A stretch of 64,000 nt of DNA from Eledone cirrhosa (lineage: Eukaryota). Numbering within the stretch: position 1 is the first letter of the stretch; every line of letters starts with the position of its first letter. Shown piece after piece: positions 38,701-53,700 of this stretch. The stretch lies in assembly GCA_964016885.1 (NCBI GenBank), contig OZ024748.1, positions 30,814,001 to 30,878,000 of the forward strand. Reading direction: 5' to 3'. Below the pieces are notes generated by a model. It did not search any database. It saw only the letters and a list, made by a program, of their open reading frames with translations, and was not told the origin of the DNA. Position numbers and translations under genes: made by a program.

Positions 38701-41700
38701 CTGAGTTCAAATCCCGCCGAGGTTAACTTTGCCTTTCATCCTTACGGGATCGATAAAATAATGTACCAGTAATGTACTGGATAATTATGCCTAAAGTAGA
38801 AACAATTATATTGTAATATATTATATTATAATATATTATAATTTAATACAATATAATATTATATTGTATTATAATATAATATATTTTATAATATAATATT
38901 ATATTATATTATGATATAATATATTATATTATAATAAAATATTATGTTATAATATAATATAATATAATAAAGTATATAATAAAATATAATATAATATAAT
39001 ATTATATTATATTATAATATTATATTATATTATATTATATTATAATATAATATAATATAATATAATATTATATTATATTATATTATATTATTATATTATA
39101 TTATATTATATTATATTATATTATATTATATTATATTATATTATAATATATTATAATATAATATAATGTCTACTATGATATAATATAATATAATATTATA
39201 ATATAATATAATATAATATAATATAATATATTATGTTAAAAAAGCGGACCCCGCCATAAAAAAACAGGACACCCAAATAAAAACGGACCTCCCCCCCATA
39301 AAAAAGGGGCACCCAAATAAAAAACGGACCCTCCACATAAAATAACGGGGCACCCAAATAAAAAACGGTCCTTCCCCCATAAAAAAACGGGGCACCCAAA
39401 TAAAAAAACGAGGCACCCAAATAAAAAACAGGTTACCCAAATAAAAAACGGACTCCCCTCATAAAAAAAACCGGCACCCAAATAAAAAACCGTCCTCCCC
39501 CATAAAAACGGGGCACCCAAAGAAAAACGGGGCACCCAAATAAAAAAACTGGACACCCAAATAAAAAACGACCCCCCCCGCATAAAAAAACGGCGCGCCC
39601 AAATAAAAAAACGGGGCACCCAAATAAAAAACAGGTTACCCAAATAAAAAACGGACTCCCCTCATTAAAAAAACGGGCACCCAAATAAAAAAACGGACCT
39701 CCCCCATACAAAACGGGGCACCCAAAGAAAAACGGGGCACCCAAATAAAAAAATGGGACACCCAAATAAAAAACGACCCCCCCCCGCATAAAAAAAACGG
39801 GGCGCCCAAATAAAAAAACGGGGCACCCAAATAAAAAACGGGGCACCCAAATAAAAAAACGGGGCACCCAAGTAAAAGACGGGGCACGCAAATTAAAACG
39901 GACCCCATCGGGGCACCCAAATAAAAAACGGGGCACACCAAAAAAACGTACCACCCCTTAAAAAAACGGGGCATACAAATAAAAAACGGGGCACCCAAAT
40001 AAAAAAATGGGGCACCCAAATCAAAAATTATAATATAACATAATATAATATTATATTATATTATATTATATAATAATATAGGCGGTGGATTGGCAGTATT
40101 GGTAGAATGGCGGATGCCATGCTTTGGCGCATAGAGTTACGGCCCTTGCCATTCTGAGTTCAAATCCCACCGAGGTTAACTTTGCCTTTCATCCTTACGG
40201 GGTCGATAAAATAAAGTACCAGTAATACACTGGATATTTGCTGGCCTTGTGCCTAACGTAGAAACAATTATATTATATTATAATATATAATATAATATAA
40301 TATTATATTATATTATATTATAATATAATATAATATTATATTATATTAATATAATATAATATTATATTATATTATGATATAATATATTATATTATAATAA
40401 AATATTATATTATATTATAATATATTATAATATAATATAATTTAATATTATATTATATTATATTATAATATATTATAATATAATATAATGTCTTTACTAT
40501 AATATAATATAATGGTTTCTACTTTAGGCACAAGGCCAGCAATCACCCAGTGCATTACTGGTACTTTATTTTATCGACCCCGTAAGGATGAAAGGCAAAG
40601 TCAACCACGGCGGGATTTGAACTCAGATCGTAAAGGGACGTATCTATGCTGGAAAGCATGGCGTCCGACCCTCTACCGATACTGCCAATCTATAATATTA
40701 TATCATAATATAATATAATATAATATTATGTTAAAAAAGCGGACCCCGCCATAAAAAAACAGGACACCAAATAAATAACGGACCTCCCCCCCATAAAAAA
40801 GGGGCACCCAAATAAAAAACGGACCCTCCACATAAAATAACGGGGCACCCAAATAAAAAACGGACCCTCCCCCATAAAAAACGGGGCACCCAAATAAAAA
40901 AACGGGGCACCCAAATAAAAAACAGGTTACCCAAATAAAAAACGGACTCCCCTCATTAAAAAAACGGGACACCCAAATAAAAAACGCCCCCCCCCCGCAT
41001 AAAAAAAGGGGCGCCCAAATAAAAAAACGGGGCACCCAAGTAAAAAACGGGGCACCCAAATAAAAAAACGGGGCACCCAAGTAAAAAACGGGGCACGCAA
41101 ATTAAAACGGACCCCCATCGGGGCACCCAAATAAAAAACGGCGCACCCAAATCAATAACTGACACCCCCATAAAAAAACGGGGCCCCCCAATAAAAAACG
41201 GGGCACCCAAATAAAGAAACGGGGCAAGCAAATAAAAAAAGCGCTCTCACATAAAAAACGGGGCACCCAAATAAAACACGGGGTACCCAAATAAAAAACG
41301 GGGCACACCAAAAAAAACGTACCCCCCCTTAAAAAAACGGGGCATACAAATAAAAAACAGGGCACCCAAATAAAAAAACGGGGCACCCAAATCAAAAATT
41401 ATAATATAATATAATATAATATAATATAATATTATATTATATTATATTATATAATAATATAGGCGGTGGATTGGCAGTATTGGTAGAATGTCGGATGCCA
41501 TGCTTTGGCGCATAGAGTTACGGCCCTTGCCATTCTGAGTTCAAATCCCAATGAGGTTAACTTTGCCTTTCATCCTTACGGGGTCGATAAAATAAAGTAC
41601 CAGTAATACACTGGATATTTGCTGGCCTTGTGCCTAACGTAGAAACAATTATATTATATTATAATATATAATATAATATTATAGGGCGGTGAATTGGCAG

Positions 41701-44700
41701 TATCGGTAGAGGGTTGGACGCCATGCTTTCTAGCATAGTTACGTCCCTTTACAGTCTGAGTTCAAATCCCGCTGAGGTTAACTTTGCCTTTCATCCTTAC
41801 GGGGTCGATAAAATAAAGTACCAGTAATGTACTGAGTAATTGTTGGCCTTGTGCCAAAAGTAGAAACAATTATATTATATTATATTATAATATAATATAA
41901 TATTAATATAATATAATATAATATAATATAATATAATATAATATAATATAATATAATATAATATAATATAATATAATATAATATAATATAATATAATATA
42001 ATATTATATTATATTATATTATATTATATTATATTAGGGCGGTGGATTGGCAGTATCGGTAGAGGGTCGGACGCCATGCTTTCCAGCATAGTTACGTCCC
42101 TTTACGATCTGAGTTCAAATCCCGCCGAGGTTGACTTTGCCTTTCATCCTTACGGGGTCGATAAAATAAAGTACCAGTAATGCACTGGATAATTGCTGGC
42201 CTTGTGCCTAAAGTAGAAACAATTATATTATATTATATTATATTATAATATAATATAATATTAATATAATATAATATTATATTATATTATATTATAATAT
42301 AATATAATATTGATATAATATAATATTATATTATAATATAATATATTATGTTAAAAAAGCGGACCCCGCCATAAAAAAACAGGACACCCAAATAAAAAAC
42401 GGACCTCTCCCCCATAAAAAAGGGGCACCCAAATAAAAAACGGACCCTCCACATAAAATAACAGGGCACCCAAATAAAAAACGGCCCTCCCCCATAATAA
42501 AACGGGGTACCTAAATAAAAAACAGGTTACACAAATAAAAAACGGACTCCCCTTACTAAAAAAAAACGGGCACGCAAATAAAAATCGGGCCCCTATAAAA
42601 AAACGGGGCACCCAAATAAGTAACTGATACCCCCATAAAAAATGGGGCACCCAAATAAAAATAGCCCCCCCTATAAAAAACGGGGCACCCAAATAAAAAC
42701 ACAGGGGAACCCAAATAAAAAACGGAGCACCCAAATACCCCCCCACCCCCTTAAAAAAACGGGGCATACAAATAAAAAAACGGGGCACTCATTAAAAAGA
42801 CCGGGCACCCAAATAAAAAATTATAATATAATATAATATAATATAATATATATATAATATAATATTATAATATAATATTTAATATAATATTATATCATAT
42901 TATATTATATTATAATATAATATAATATAATATATTATATTATAATATAATATTATATAATAGTATATATATTGAAATATAATATATTATATTATATTAT
43001 AATATAATATAAAATAATTGTTTCTACGTTAGGCACAAGGCCAGCAATTACCAAGTGCATTACTGATACTTTATTTTATCGACCCCGTAAGGATGAAAGG
43101 CAAAGTTAACCTCGGCGGGATTTGAACTCAGAATGGCAAGGGCCGTAACTCTATACGTCAAAGCATCGCGTCCGACCCTCTCCCAATACTGCCAATCCAC
43201 CGCCCTATATAATATAATATAATATAATATAATATATTATAGTATATTATAATATAATATAATATTATATTATATTATATTGTATTATATTATATTATAA
43301 TAGAGTATAATATAATATAATATTATATTATAATATAATATAATATAATATAATATTATATTATATATTATATTATAATATAATATATTATATTATATTA
43401 TAATATAATATAATATAATAAAATATAATATATTATATTATAATATAATGTAATATAATATAATATTATATAATATTATATTATATTATAATATAATATA
43501 ATATAAGTAGGGCGGTGGATTGGCAGTATCGGGAGAGCGTCGGACGCCATGTTTCCAGCATAGTTACCTCCCTTTACGATCTGAGTTCAAATCCCGCCGA
43601 GGTTAACTTTGCCTTTCATCCTTACGGAGTCGATAAAATAAAGTACCAGTAATGCACTGGTGAATTGCTGGCATTGTGCCTAAAGTAGAAACAAATATAA
43701 TATAATATAATATAATATAATATAATATATTAAAAGGGCGATGGATTGGCAGTATCGGTAGAGCGTCGGACGCCATGCTTTCCAGCATAGTTACGTCCCT
43801 TTACGATCTGAGTTCAAATCCCGCCGAGGTTAACTTTGCCTTTCATCCTTACGGGATCGATAAAATAAAGTACCAGTAATGTACTGGATAATTATGCCTA
43901 AAGTAGAAACAATTATATTGTAATATATTATATTATAATATAATATAATATATTATAATTTAATACAATATTATATTGTATTATATTATATTATATTATA
44001 ATATAATATATTTTATAATATAATATTATATTATATTATAATATAATATATTATATTATAATAAAATATTATGTTATCATATAATATAATATAATATAAT
44101 AAAATATATAATATAATATAATATAATATAATATAATATTATATTATATTATAATATAATTGTTTCTACTTTTGGCACAAGGCCAGCAATTATCCCAGTG
44201 CATTACTGGTACTTTATTTTATCAACCCCGTAAGGATGAAAGGCAAAGTTAACCTCAATATAATATAATATAATATAATATTATATTATATTATATTATA
44301 TTATAATATAATATAATATAATATAATATTATATTATATTATATTATATTATCTTATATTATATTATATTATATTATATTATATTATATTATATTATATT
44401 ATATTATATTATATTATATTATATTATATTATATTATATTATATTATAATATATTATAATATAATATAATGTCTACTATAATATAATATAATATTATATT
44501 ATAATATAATATAATATAATATAACATAATATAATATTATGTTAAAAAAGCGGACCCCGCCATAAAAAAACATGACACCCAAATAAAAACGGACCTCCCC
44601 CCCATAAAAAAACAGGACATCCAAATAAAAACGGACCTCCCCCCCATAAAAAAGGGGCACCCAAATAAAAAACGGTCCTTCCCCCATAAAAAAACGGGCA

Positions 44701-47700
44701 CCCAAATAAAAAAACGAGGCACCCAAATAAAAAACAGGTTACCCAAATAAATAACGGACTCCCCTCATAAAAAAAACCGGCACCCAAATAAAAAAACCGA
44801 CCTCCCCCATAAAAAACGGGGCACCCAAAGAAAAACGGGGCACCCAAATAAAAAAACTGGACACCCAAATAAAAAACGACCGCCCCCCCCCCGCATAAAA
44901 AAAACGGCGCGCCCAAATAAAAAAACGGGGCACCCAAGTAAAAGACGGGGCACGCAAATTAAAATGGACCTCCATCGGGGCACCCAAATAAAAAACGGCG
45001 CACCCAAATCAATAACTGACACCCCCATAAAAAAACGGGGCCCCCACATAAAAAACGGGGCACCCAAATAAAGAAACGGGGCAAGCAAATAAAAAAAGCG
45101 CCCCCACATAAAAAACGGGGCACCCAAATAAAAACACGGGGTACCCAAATAAAAAACGGGGCACACCAAGAAAACGTACCCCCCCTTAAAAAAACGGGGC
45201 ATACAAATAAAAAACGGGGCACCCAAATAAAAAAACGGGGCACCCAAATCAAAAATTATAATATAACATAATATAATATTATATTATATTATATTATATT
45301 ATATAATATAGGCGGTGGATTGGCAGTATTGGTAGAATGGCGGATGCCATGCTTTGGCGCATAGAGTTACGGCCCTTGCCATTCTGAGTTCAAATCCCAC
45401 CGAGGTTAACTTTGCCTTTCATCCTTACGGGGTCGATAAAATAAAGTACCAGTAATACACTGGGTAATTGCTGGCCTTGTGCCTAACGTAGAAACAATTA
45501 TATTATATTATAATATATAATATAATATAATATTATATTATATTATATTATAATATAATATAATATTATATTATATTAATATAATATAATTTTATATTAT
45601 ATCATGATATAATATATTATATTATAATAAAATATTATATTATATTATAATATAATATAATATAATATAATTTAATATTATATTATATTATATTATAATA
45701 TATTATAATATAATATAATGTCTTTACTATAATATAATATAATTGTTTCTACTTTAGGCACAAGGCCAGCAATCACCCAGTGCATTACTGGTACTTTATT
45801 TTATCGACCCCGTAAGGATGAAAGGCAAAGTCAACCTCGGCGGGATTTGAACTCAGATCGTAAAGGGACGTAACTATGCTGGAAAGCATGGCGTCCGACC
45901 CTCTACCGATACTGCCAATCTATAATATTATATCATAATATAATATAATATAATATTATGTTAAAAAAGCGGACCCCGCCATAAAAAAACAGGACACCAA
46001 ATAAATAACGGACCCCCCCCCCATAAAAAAGCGATCACCCAAATAAAAAACGGACCCTCCACATAAAATAACGGGGCACCCAAATAAAAAACGGACCCTC
46101 CCCCATAAAAAAACGGGGCACCCAAATAAAAAAACGCGCACCCAAATAAAAAACAGGTTACCCAAATAAAAAACGGACTCCCCCCATAAAAAAAACGGGT
46201 GCCCAAATAAAAAAACGGATCACCCAAGTAAAAAAAGGGGCACCCAAATAAAAAAACTGGACACCCAAATAAAAAACGGACTCCCCTCATTAAAAAAACG
46301 GGCACCCAAATAAAAATCGGCCACCGCCCCATAAAAAACGGGGCACCCAAAGAAAAACGGGGCACCCAAATAAAAAAACGGGACACCCAAATAAAAAACG
46401 CCCCCCCCGCATAAAAAAGGGGCGCCCAAATAATAAAACGGGGCACCCAAATAAAAAACGGGGCACCCAAATAAAAAAACGGGGCACCCAAGTAAAAAAC
46501 GGGGCACCCAAATAAAAAAACGGGGCACCCAAGTAAAAAACGGGGCACGCAAATTAAAACGGACCCCCATCGGGGCACCCAAATAAAAAACGGAGCACCC
46601 AAATCAATAACTGACACCCCCATAAAAAATCGGGGCCCCCCAATAAAAAACGGGGCACCCAAATAAAGAAACGGGGCAAGCAAATAAAAAAAAGCGCCCT
46701 CACATAAAAAACGGGGCACCCAAATAAAAACACGGGGTACCCAAATAAAAAACGGGGCACACCAAAAAAACGTACCCCCCTTAAAAAAACGGGGCATACA
46801 AATAAAAAACGGGGCACCCAAATAAAAAAACGGGGCACCCAAATCAAAAATTATAATATAATATAATATAATATAATATAATATTATATTATATAATAAT
46901 ATATGCGGTGGATTGGCAGTATTGGTAGAATGTCGGATGCCATGCTTTGGCGCATAGAGTTACGGCCCTTGCCATTCTGACTTCAAATCCCACCGAGGTT
47001 AACTTTGCCTTTCATCCTTACGGGGTCGATAAAATAAAGTACCAGTAATACACTGGATAATTGCTGGCCTTGTGCCTAACGTAGAAACAATTATATTATA
47101 TTATAATATATAATATAATATTATATTATATTATATTATAATATAATATAATATAATATTAATATAATATAATATAATATTATATTATATTATATTATAT
47201 TATATTATATTAGGGCGGTGGATTGGCAGTATCGGTAGAGGGTCGGACGCCATGCTTTCCAGCATAGTTACGTCCCTTTACGATCTGAGTTCAAATCCCG
47301 CCGAGGTTGACTTTGCCTTTCATCCTTACGGGGTCGATAAAATAAAGTACCAGTAATGCACTGGGTAATTGCTGGCCTTGTGCCTAAAGTAGAAACAATT
47401 ATATTATATTATATTATATTATAATATAATATAATATTAATATAATATAATATTAATATAATATAATATTATATTATATTATATTATATTATATTATATT
47501 ATAATATAATATAATATTAATATAATATAATATATTATAATATAATATAATATTATGTTAAAAAAGCGGACCCCGCCATAAAAAAACAGGACACCCATAT
47601 AAAAAACGGACCTCTCCCCCATAAAAAAGGGGCACCCAAATAAAAAACGGACCCTCCACATAAAATAACAGGGCACCCAAATAAAAAACCGCCCCTCCCC

Positions 47701-50700
47701 CATAATAAAACGGGGTACCTAAATATAAAACAGGTTACACAAATAAAAAACAGACTTCCCTCACTAAAAAAAAACGGGCACGCAAATAAAAATCGGACCC
47801 CTATAAAAAAATGGGGCAACCAAATAAGTAACTGATACCCCCATAAAAAATGGGGCACCCAAATAAAAAAACGGGGCACCCAAATAAAGAAACGGGGCAC
47901 CCACATAAAAAACGGCCACCCCATAAAAAAACGGGGCACCCAAATAAAAATCGCCCCCCCCCCTATAAAAAACGGGCCACCCAAATAAAAACACAGGGGA
48001 ACCCAAATAAAAAACGGAGCACCCAAATAAAAAAATCTACCCCCCTTAAAAAAACGGGGCATACAAATAAAAAACGGGGCACTCATTAAAAAAACCGGGC
48101 ACCCAAATAAAAAATTATAATATAATATAATATAATATAATATATATATAATATAATATTATAATATAATATTTAATATATCATATTATATTATATTATA
48201 ATATAATATAATATAATATATTATATTATAATATAATATTATATAATAGTATATATATTGAAATATAATATATTATATTGTAATATATTATATTATAATA
48301 TAATTGTTTCTACTTTAGGCACAAGGCCAGCAATTCACCAGTGCATTACTGGTACTTTATTTTATCGACTCCGTAAGGATGAAAGGCAAAGTTAACCTCG
48401 GCGGGATTTGAACTCAGATCGTAAATGGACGTAACTATGCTGGAAACATGGCGTCCGACGCTTTCCCGATACTGCCAATCCACCGCCCTACTTATATTAT
48501 ATTATAATATAATATAATATTATATAATATTATATTATATTACATTATATTATAATATAATATATTATATTTTATTATATTATATTATATTATAATATAA
48601 TATAATATATTATATTATAATATAATATATAATATAATATTATATTATATTATATTATATTATAATATAATATTATATTATATTATACTCTATTATAATA
48701 TAATATAATACAATATAATATAATATAATATTATATTATAATATACTATAATATATTATATTATATTATATTATATTATATTATATAGGGCGGTGGATTG
48801 GCAGTATTGGGAGAGGGTCGGTCGCGATGCTTTGACGTATAGAGTTACGGCCCTTGCCATTCTGAGTTCAAATCCCGCCGAGGTTAACTTTGCCTTTCAT
48901 CCTTACGGAGTCGATAAAATAAAGTACCAGTAATGCACTGGTGAATTGCTGGCCTTGTGCCTAAAGTAGAAACAAATATAATATAATATAATATAATATA
49001 ATATAATGTAATATATTAAAAGGGCGATGGATTGGCAGTATCGGTAGAGGGTGGGACGCCATGCTTTCCAGCATAGTTACGTTCCTTTACGATCTGAGTT
49101 CAAATCCCACCGAGGTTAACTTTGCCTTTCATCCTTACGGGATCGATAAAATAAAGTACCAGTAATGTACTGGATAATTATGCCTAAAGTAGAAACAATT
49201 ATATTGTAATATATTATATTATAATATAATATAATATATTATAATTTAATACAATATAATATTATATTGTATTATATTATATTATATTATAATATAATAT
49301 ATTTTATAATATAATATTATATTATATTATGATATAATATATTATATTATAATAAAATATTATGTTATAATATAATATAATAAAATATATAATATAATAT
49401 AATATAATATTAAATTGTATTATAATATAATATAATATAATATAATATAATATAATATTATATTATATTATATTATATTATAATATAATATAATATAATA
49501 TAATATTATATTATATTATATTATATTATCTTATATTATATTATATTATATTATATTATATTATATTATATTATATTATATTATATTATATTATATTATA
49601 TTATATTATATTATATTATAATATATTATAATATAATATAATGTCTACTATAATATAATATAATATTATATTATAATATAATATAATATAATATAATATA
49701 ATATAATATAATATTATGTTAAAAAAGCGGACCCCGCCATAAAAAAACATGACACCCAAATAAAAACGGACCTCCCCCCCATAAAAAAACAGGACACCCA
49801 AATAAAAACGGACCTCCCCCCCATAAAAAAGGGGCACCCAAATAAAAAACGGACCCTCCACATAAAATAACGGGGCACCCAAATAAAAAACGGTCCTTCC
49901 CCCATAAAAAAACGGGGCACCCAAATAAAAAAACGAGGCACCCAAATAAAAAACAGGTTACCCAAATAAATAACGGACTCCCCTCATAAAAAAAACCGGC
50001 ACCCAAATAAAAAACCGACCTCCCCCATAAAAAACGGGGCACCCAAAGAAAAACGGGGCACCCAAATAAAAAAACTGGACACCCAAATAAAAAACGACCG
50101 CCCCCCCCCCCGCATAAAAAAAACGGCGCGCCCAAATAAAAAAACGGGGCACCCAAATAAAAAACAGGTTACCCAAATAAAAACGGACTCCCCTCATTAA
50201 AAAAACGGGCACCCAAATAAAAAAACGAACCTCCCCCATACAGAACGGGGCACCCAAAGAAAAACGGGGCACCCAAATAAAAAAATGGGACACCCAAATA
50301 AAAAACGACCCCCCCCCCCCGCATAAAAAAAACGGGGCGCCCAAATAAAAAAAACGGGGCACCCAAATAAAAACGGGGCACCCAAATAAAAAAACGGGGC
50401 ACCCAAGTAAAAGACGGGGCACGCAAATTAAAACGGACCCCCATCGGGGCACCCAAATAAAAAACGGCGCACCCAAATCAATAACTGACACCCCCATAAA
50501 AAAACGGGGCCCCCAATAAAAAACGGGGCACCCAAATGAAGAAACAGGGCAAGCAAATAAAAAAAGCGCCCCCACATAAAAAACGGGGCACCCAAATAAA
50601 AACACGGGGTACCCAAATAAAAAACGGGGCACACCAAGAAAACGTACCCCCCCTTAAAAAAACGGGGCATACAAATAAAAAACGGGGCACCCAAATAAAA

Positions 50701-53700
50701 AAACGGGGCACCCAAATCAAAAATTATAATATAACATAATATAATATTATATTATATTATATTATATTATATAATATAGGCGGTGGATTGGCAGTATTGG
50801 TAGAATGGCGGATGCCATGCTTTGGCGCATAGAGTTACGGCCCTTGCCATTCTGAGTTCAAATCCCACCGAGGTTAACTTTGCCTTTCATCCTTACGGGG
50901 TCGATAAAATAAAGTACCAGTAATACACTGGATAATTGCTGGCCTTGTGCCTAACGTAGAAACAATTATATTATATTATAATATATAATATAATATAATA
51001 TTATATTATATTATATTATAATATAATATAATATTATATTATATTAATATAATATAATATTATATTATATCATGATATAATATATTATATTATAATAAAA
51101 TATTATATTATATTATAATATAATATAATATAATATAATTTAATATTATATTATATTATATTATAATATATTATAATATAATATAATGTCTTTACTATAA
51201 TATAATATAATTGTTTCTACGTTAGGCACAAGGCCAGCAATCACCCAGTGCATTACTGGTACTTTATTTTATCGACCCCGTAAGGATGAAAGGCAAAGTC
51301 AACCTCGGCGGGATTTGAACTCAGATCGTAAAGGGACGTAACTATGCTGGAAAGCATGGCGTCCGACCCTCTACCGATACTGCCAATCTATAATATTATA
51401 TCATAATATAATATAATATAATATTATGTTAAAAAAGCGGACCCCGCCATAAAAAAACAGGACACCAAATAAATAACGGACCTCCCCCCCATAAAAAAGG
51501 GGCACCCAAATAAAAAACGGACCCTCCACATAAAATAACGGGGCACCCAAATAAAAAACGGACCCTCCCCCATAAAAAAACGGGGCACCCAAATAAAAAA
51601 ACGCGCACCCAAATAAAAAACAGGTTACCCAAATAAAAAACGGACTCCCCCCATAAAAAAAACGGGCGCCCAAATAAAAAAACGGATCACCCAAGTAAAA
51701 AACGGGGCACCCAAATAAAAAAACTGGACACCCAAATAAAAAACGGACTCCCCTCATTAAAAAAACGGGCACCCAAATAAAAATCGGCCACCCCCCATAA
51801 AAAACGGGGCACCCAAAGAAAAACGGGACACCCAAATAAAAAAATGGGACACCCAAATAAAAAACGCCCCCCCCCCCCCGCATAAAAAAGGGGCGCCTAA
51901 ATAATAAAACGGGGCACCCAAATAAAAAACGGGGCACCCAAATAAAAAAACGGGGCACCCAAGTAAAAAACGGGGCACCCAAATAAAAAAACGGGGCACC
52001 CAAGTAAAAAACGGGGCACGCAAATTAAAACGGACCCCCATCGGGGCACCCAAATAAAAAACGGAGCACCCAAATCAATAACTGACACCCCCATAAAAAA
52101 TCGGGGCCCCCCAATAAAAAACGGGGCACCCAAATAAAGAAACGGGGCAAGCAAATAAAAAAAAGCGCCCTCACATAAAAAACGGGGCACCCAAATAAAA
52201 ACACGGGGTACCCAAATAAAAAACGGGGCACACCAAAAAAACGTACCCCCCCTTAAAAAAACGGGGCATACAAAGAAAAAACGGGGCACCCAAATAAAAA
52301 AACGGGGCACCCAAATCAAAAATTATAATATAATATAATATAATATAATATAATATAATATTATATTATATAATATTATATTATATAATAATATAGGCGG
52401 TGGATTGGCAGTATTGGTAGAATGTCGGATGCCATGCTTTGGCGCATAGAGTTACGGCCCTTGCCATTCTGACTTCAAATCCCACCGAGGTTAACTTTGC
52501 CTTTCATCCTTACGGGGTCGATAAAATAAAGTACCAGTAATACACTGGATATTTGCTGGCCTTGTGCCTAACGTAGAAACAATTATATTATATTATAATA
52601 TATAAAATAATATTATATTATATTATATTATATTATAATATAATATAATATTAATATAATATAATATAATATTATATTATATTATATTATATTATATTAG
52701 GGCGGTGGATTGGCAGTATCGGTAGAGGGTCGGACGCCATGCTTTCCAGCATAGTTACGTCCCTTTACGATCTGAGTTCAAATCCCGCCGAGGTTGACTT
52801 TGCCTTTCATCCTTACGGGGTCGATAAAATAAAGTACCAGTAATGCACTGGATAATTGCTGGCCTTGTGCCTAAAGTAGAACCAATTATATTATATTATA
52901 TTATATTATAATATAATATAATATTAATATAATATAATATTATATTATATTATATTATATTATATTATAATATAATATAATATTAATATAATATAATATA
53001 TTATAATATAATATAATATTATGTTAAAAAAGCGGACCCCGCCATAAAAAAACAGGACACCCATATAAAAAACGGACCTCTCCCCCATAAAAAAGGGGCA
53101 CCCAAATAAAAAACGGACCCTCCACATAAAATAACAGGGCACCCAAATAAAAAACCGCCCCTCCCCCATAATAAAACGGGGTACCTAAATATAAAACAGG
53201 TTACACAAATAAAAAACGGACTTCCCTCACTAAAAAAAACGGGCACGCAAATAAAAATCGGACCCCTATAAAAAAACGGGGCACCCAAATAAGTAACTGA
53301 TACCCCCCTAAAAAATGGGGCACCCAAATAAAAAAACGGGGCACCCAAATAAAGAAACGGGGCACCCACATAAAAAACGGACACCCCATAAAAAAACGGG
53401 GCACCCAAATAAAAATCGCCCCCCCCCTATAAAAAACGGGGCACCCAAATAAAAACACAGGGGAACCCAAATAAAAAACGGAGCACCCAAATAAAAAAAT
53501 CTACCCCCCTTAAAAAAACGGGGCATACAAATAAAAAAACGGGGCACTCATTAAAAAAACCGGGCACCCAAATAAAAAATTATAATATAATATAATATAA
53601 TATAATATTATAATATAATATTTAATATAATATTATATCATATTATATTATATTATAATATAATATAAAATAATTGTTTCTACGTTAGGCACTAGGCCAG

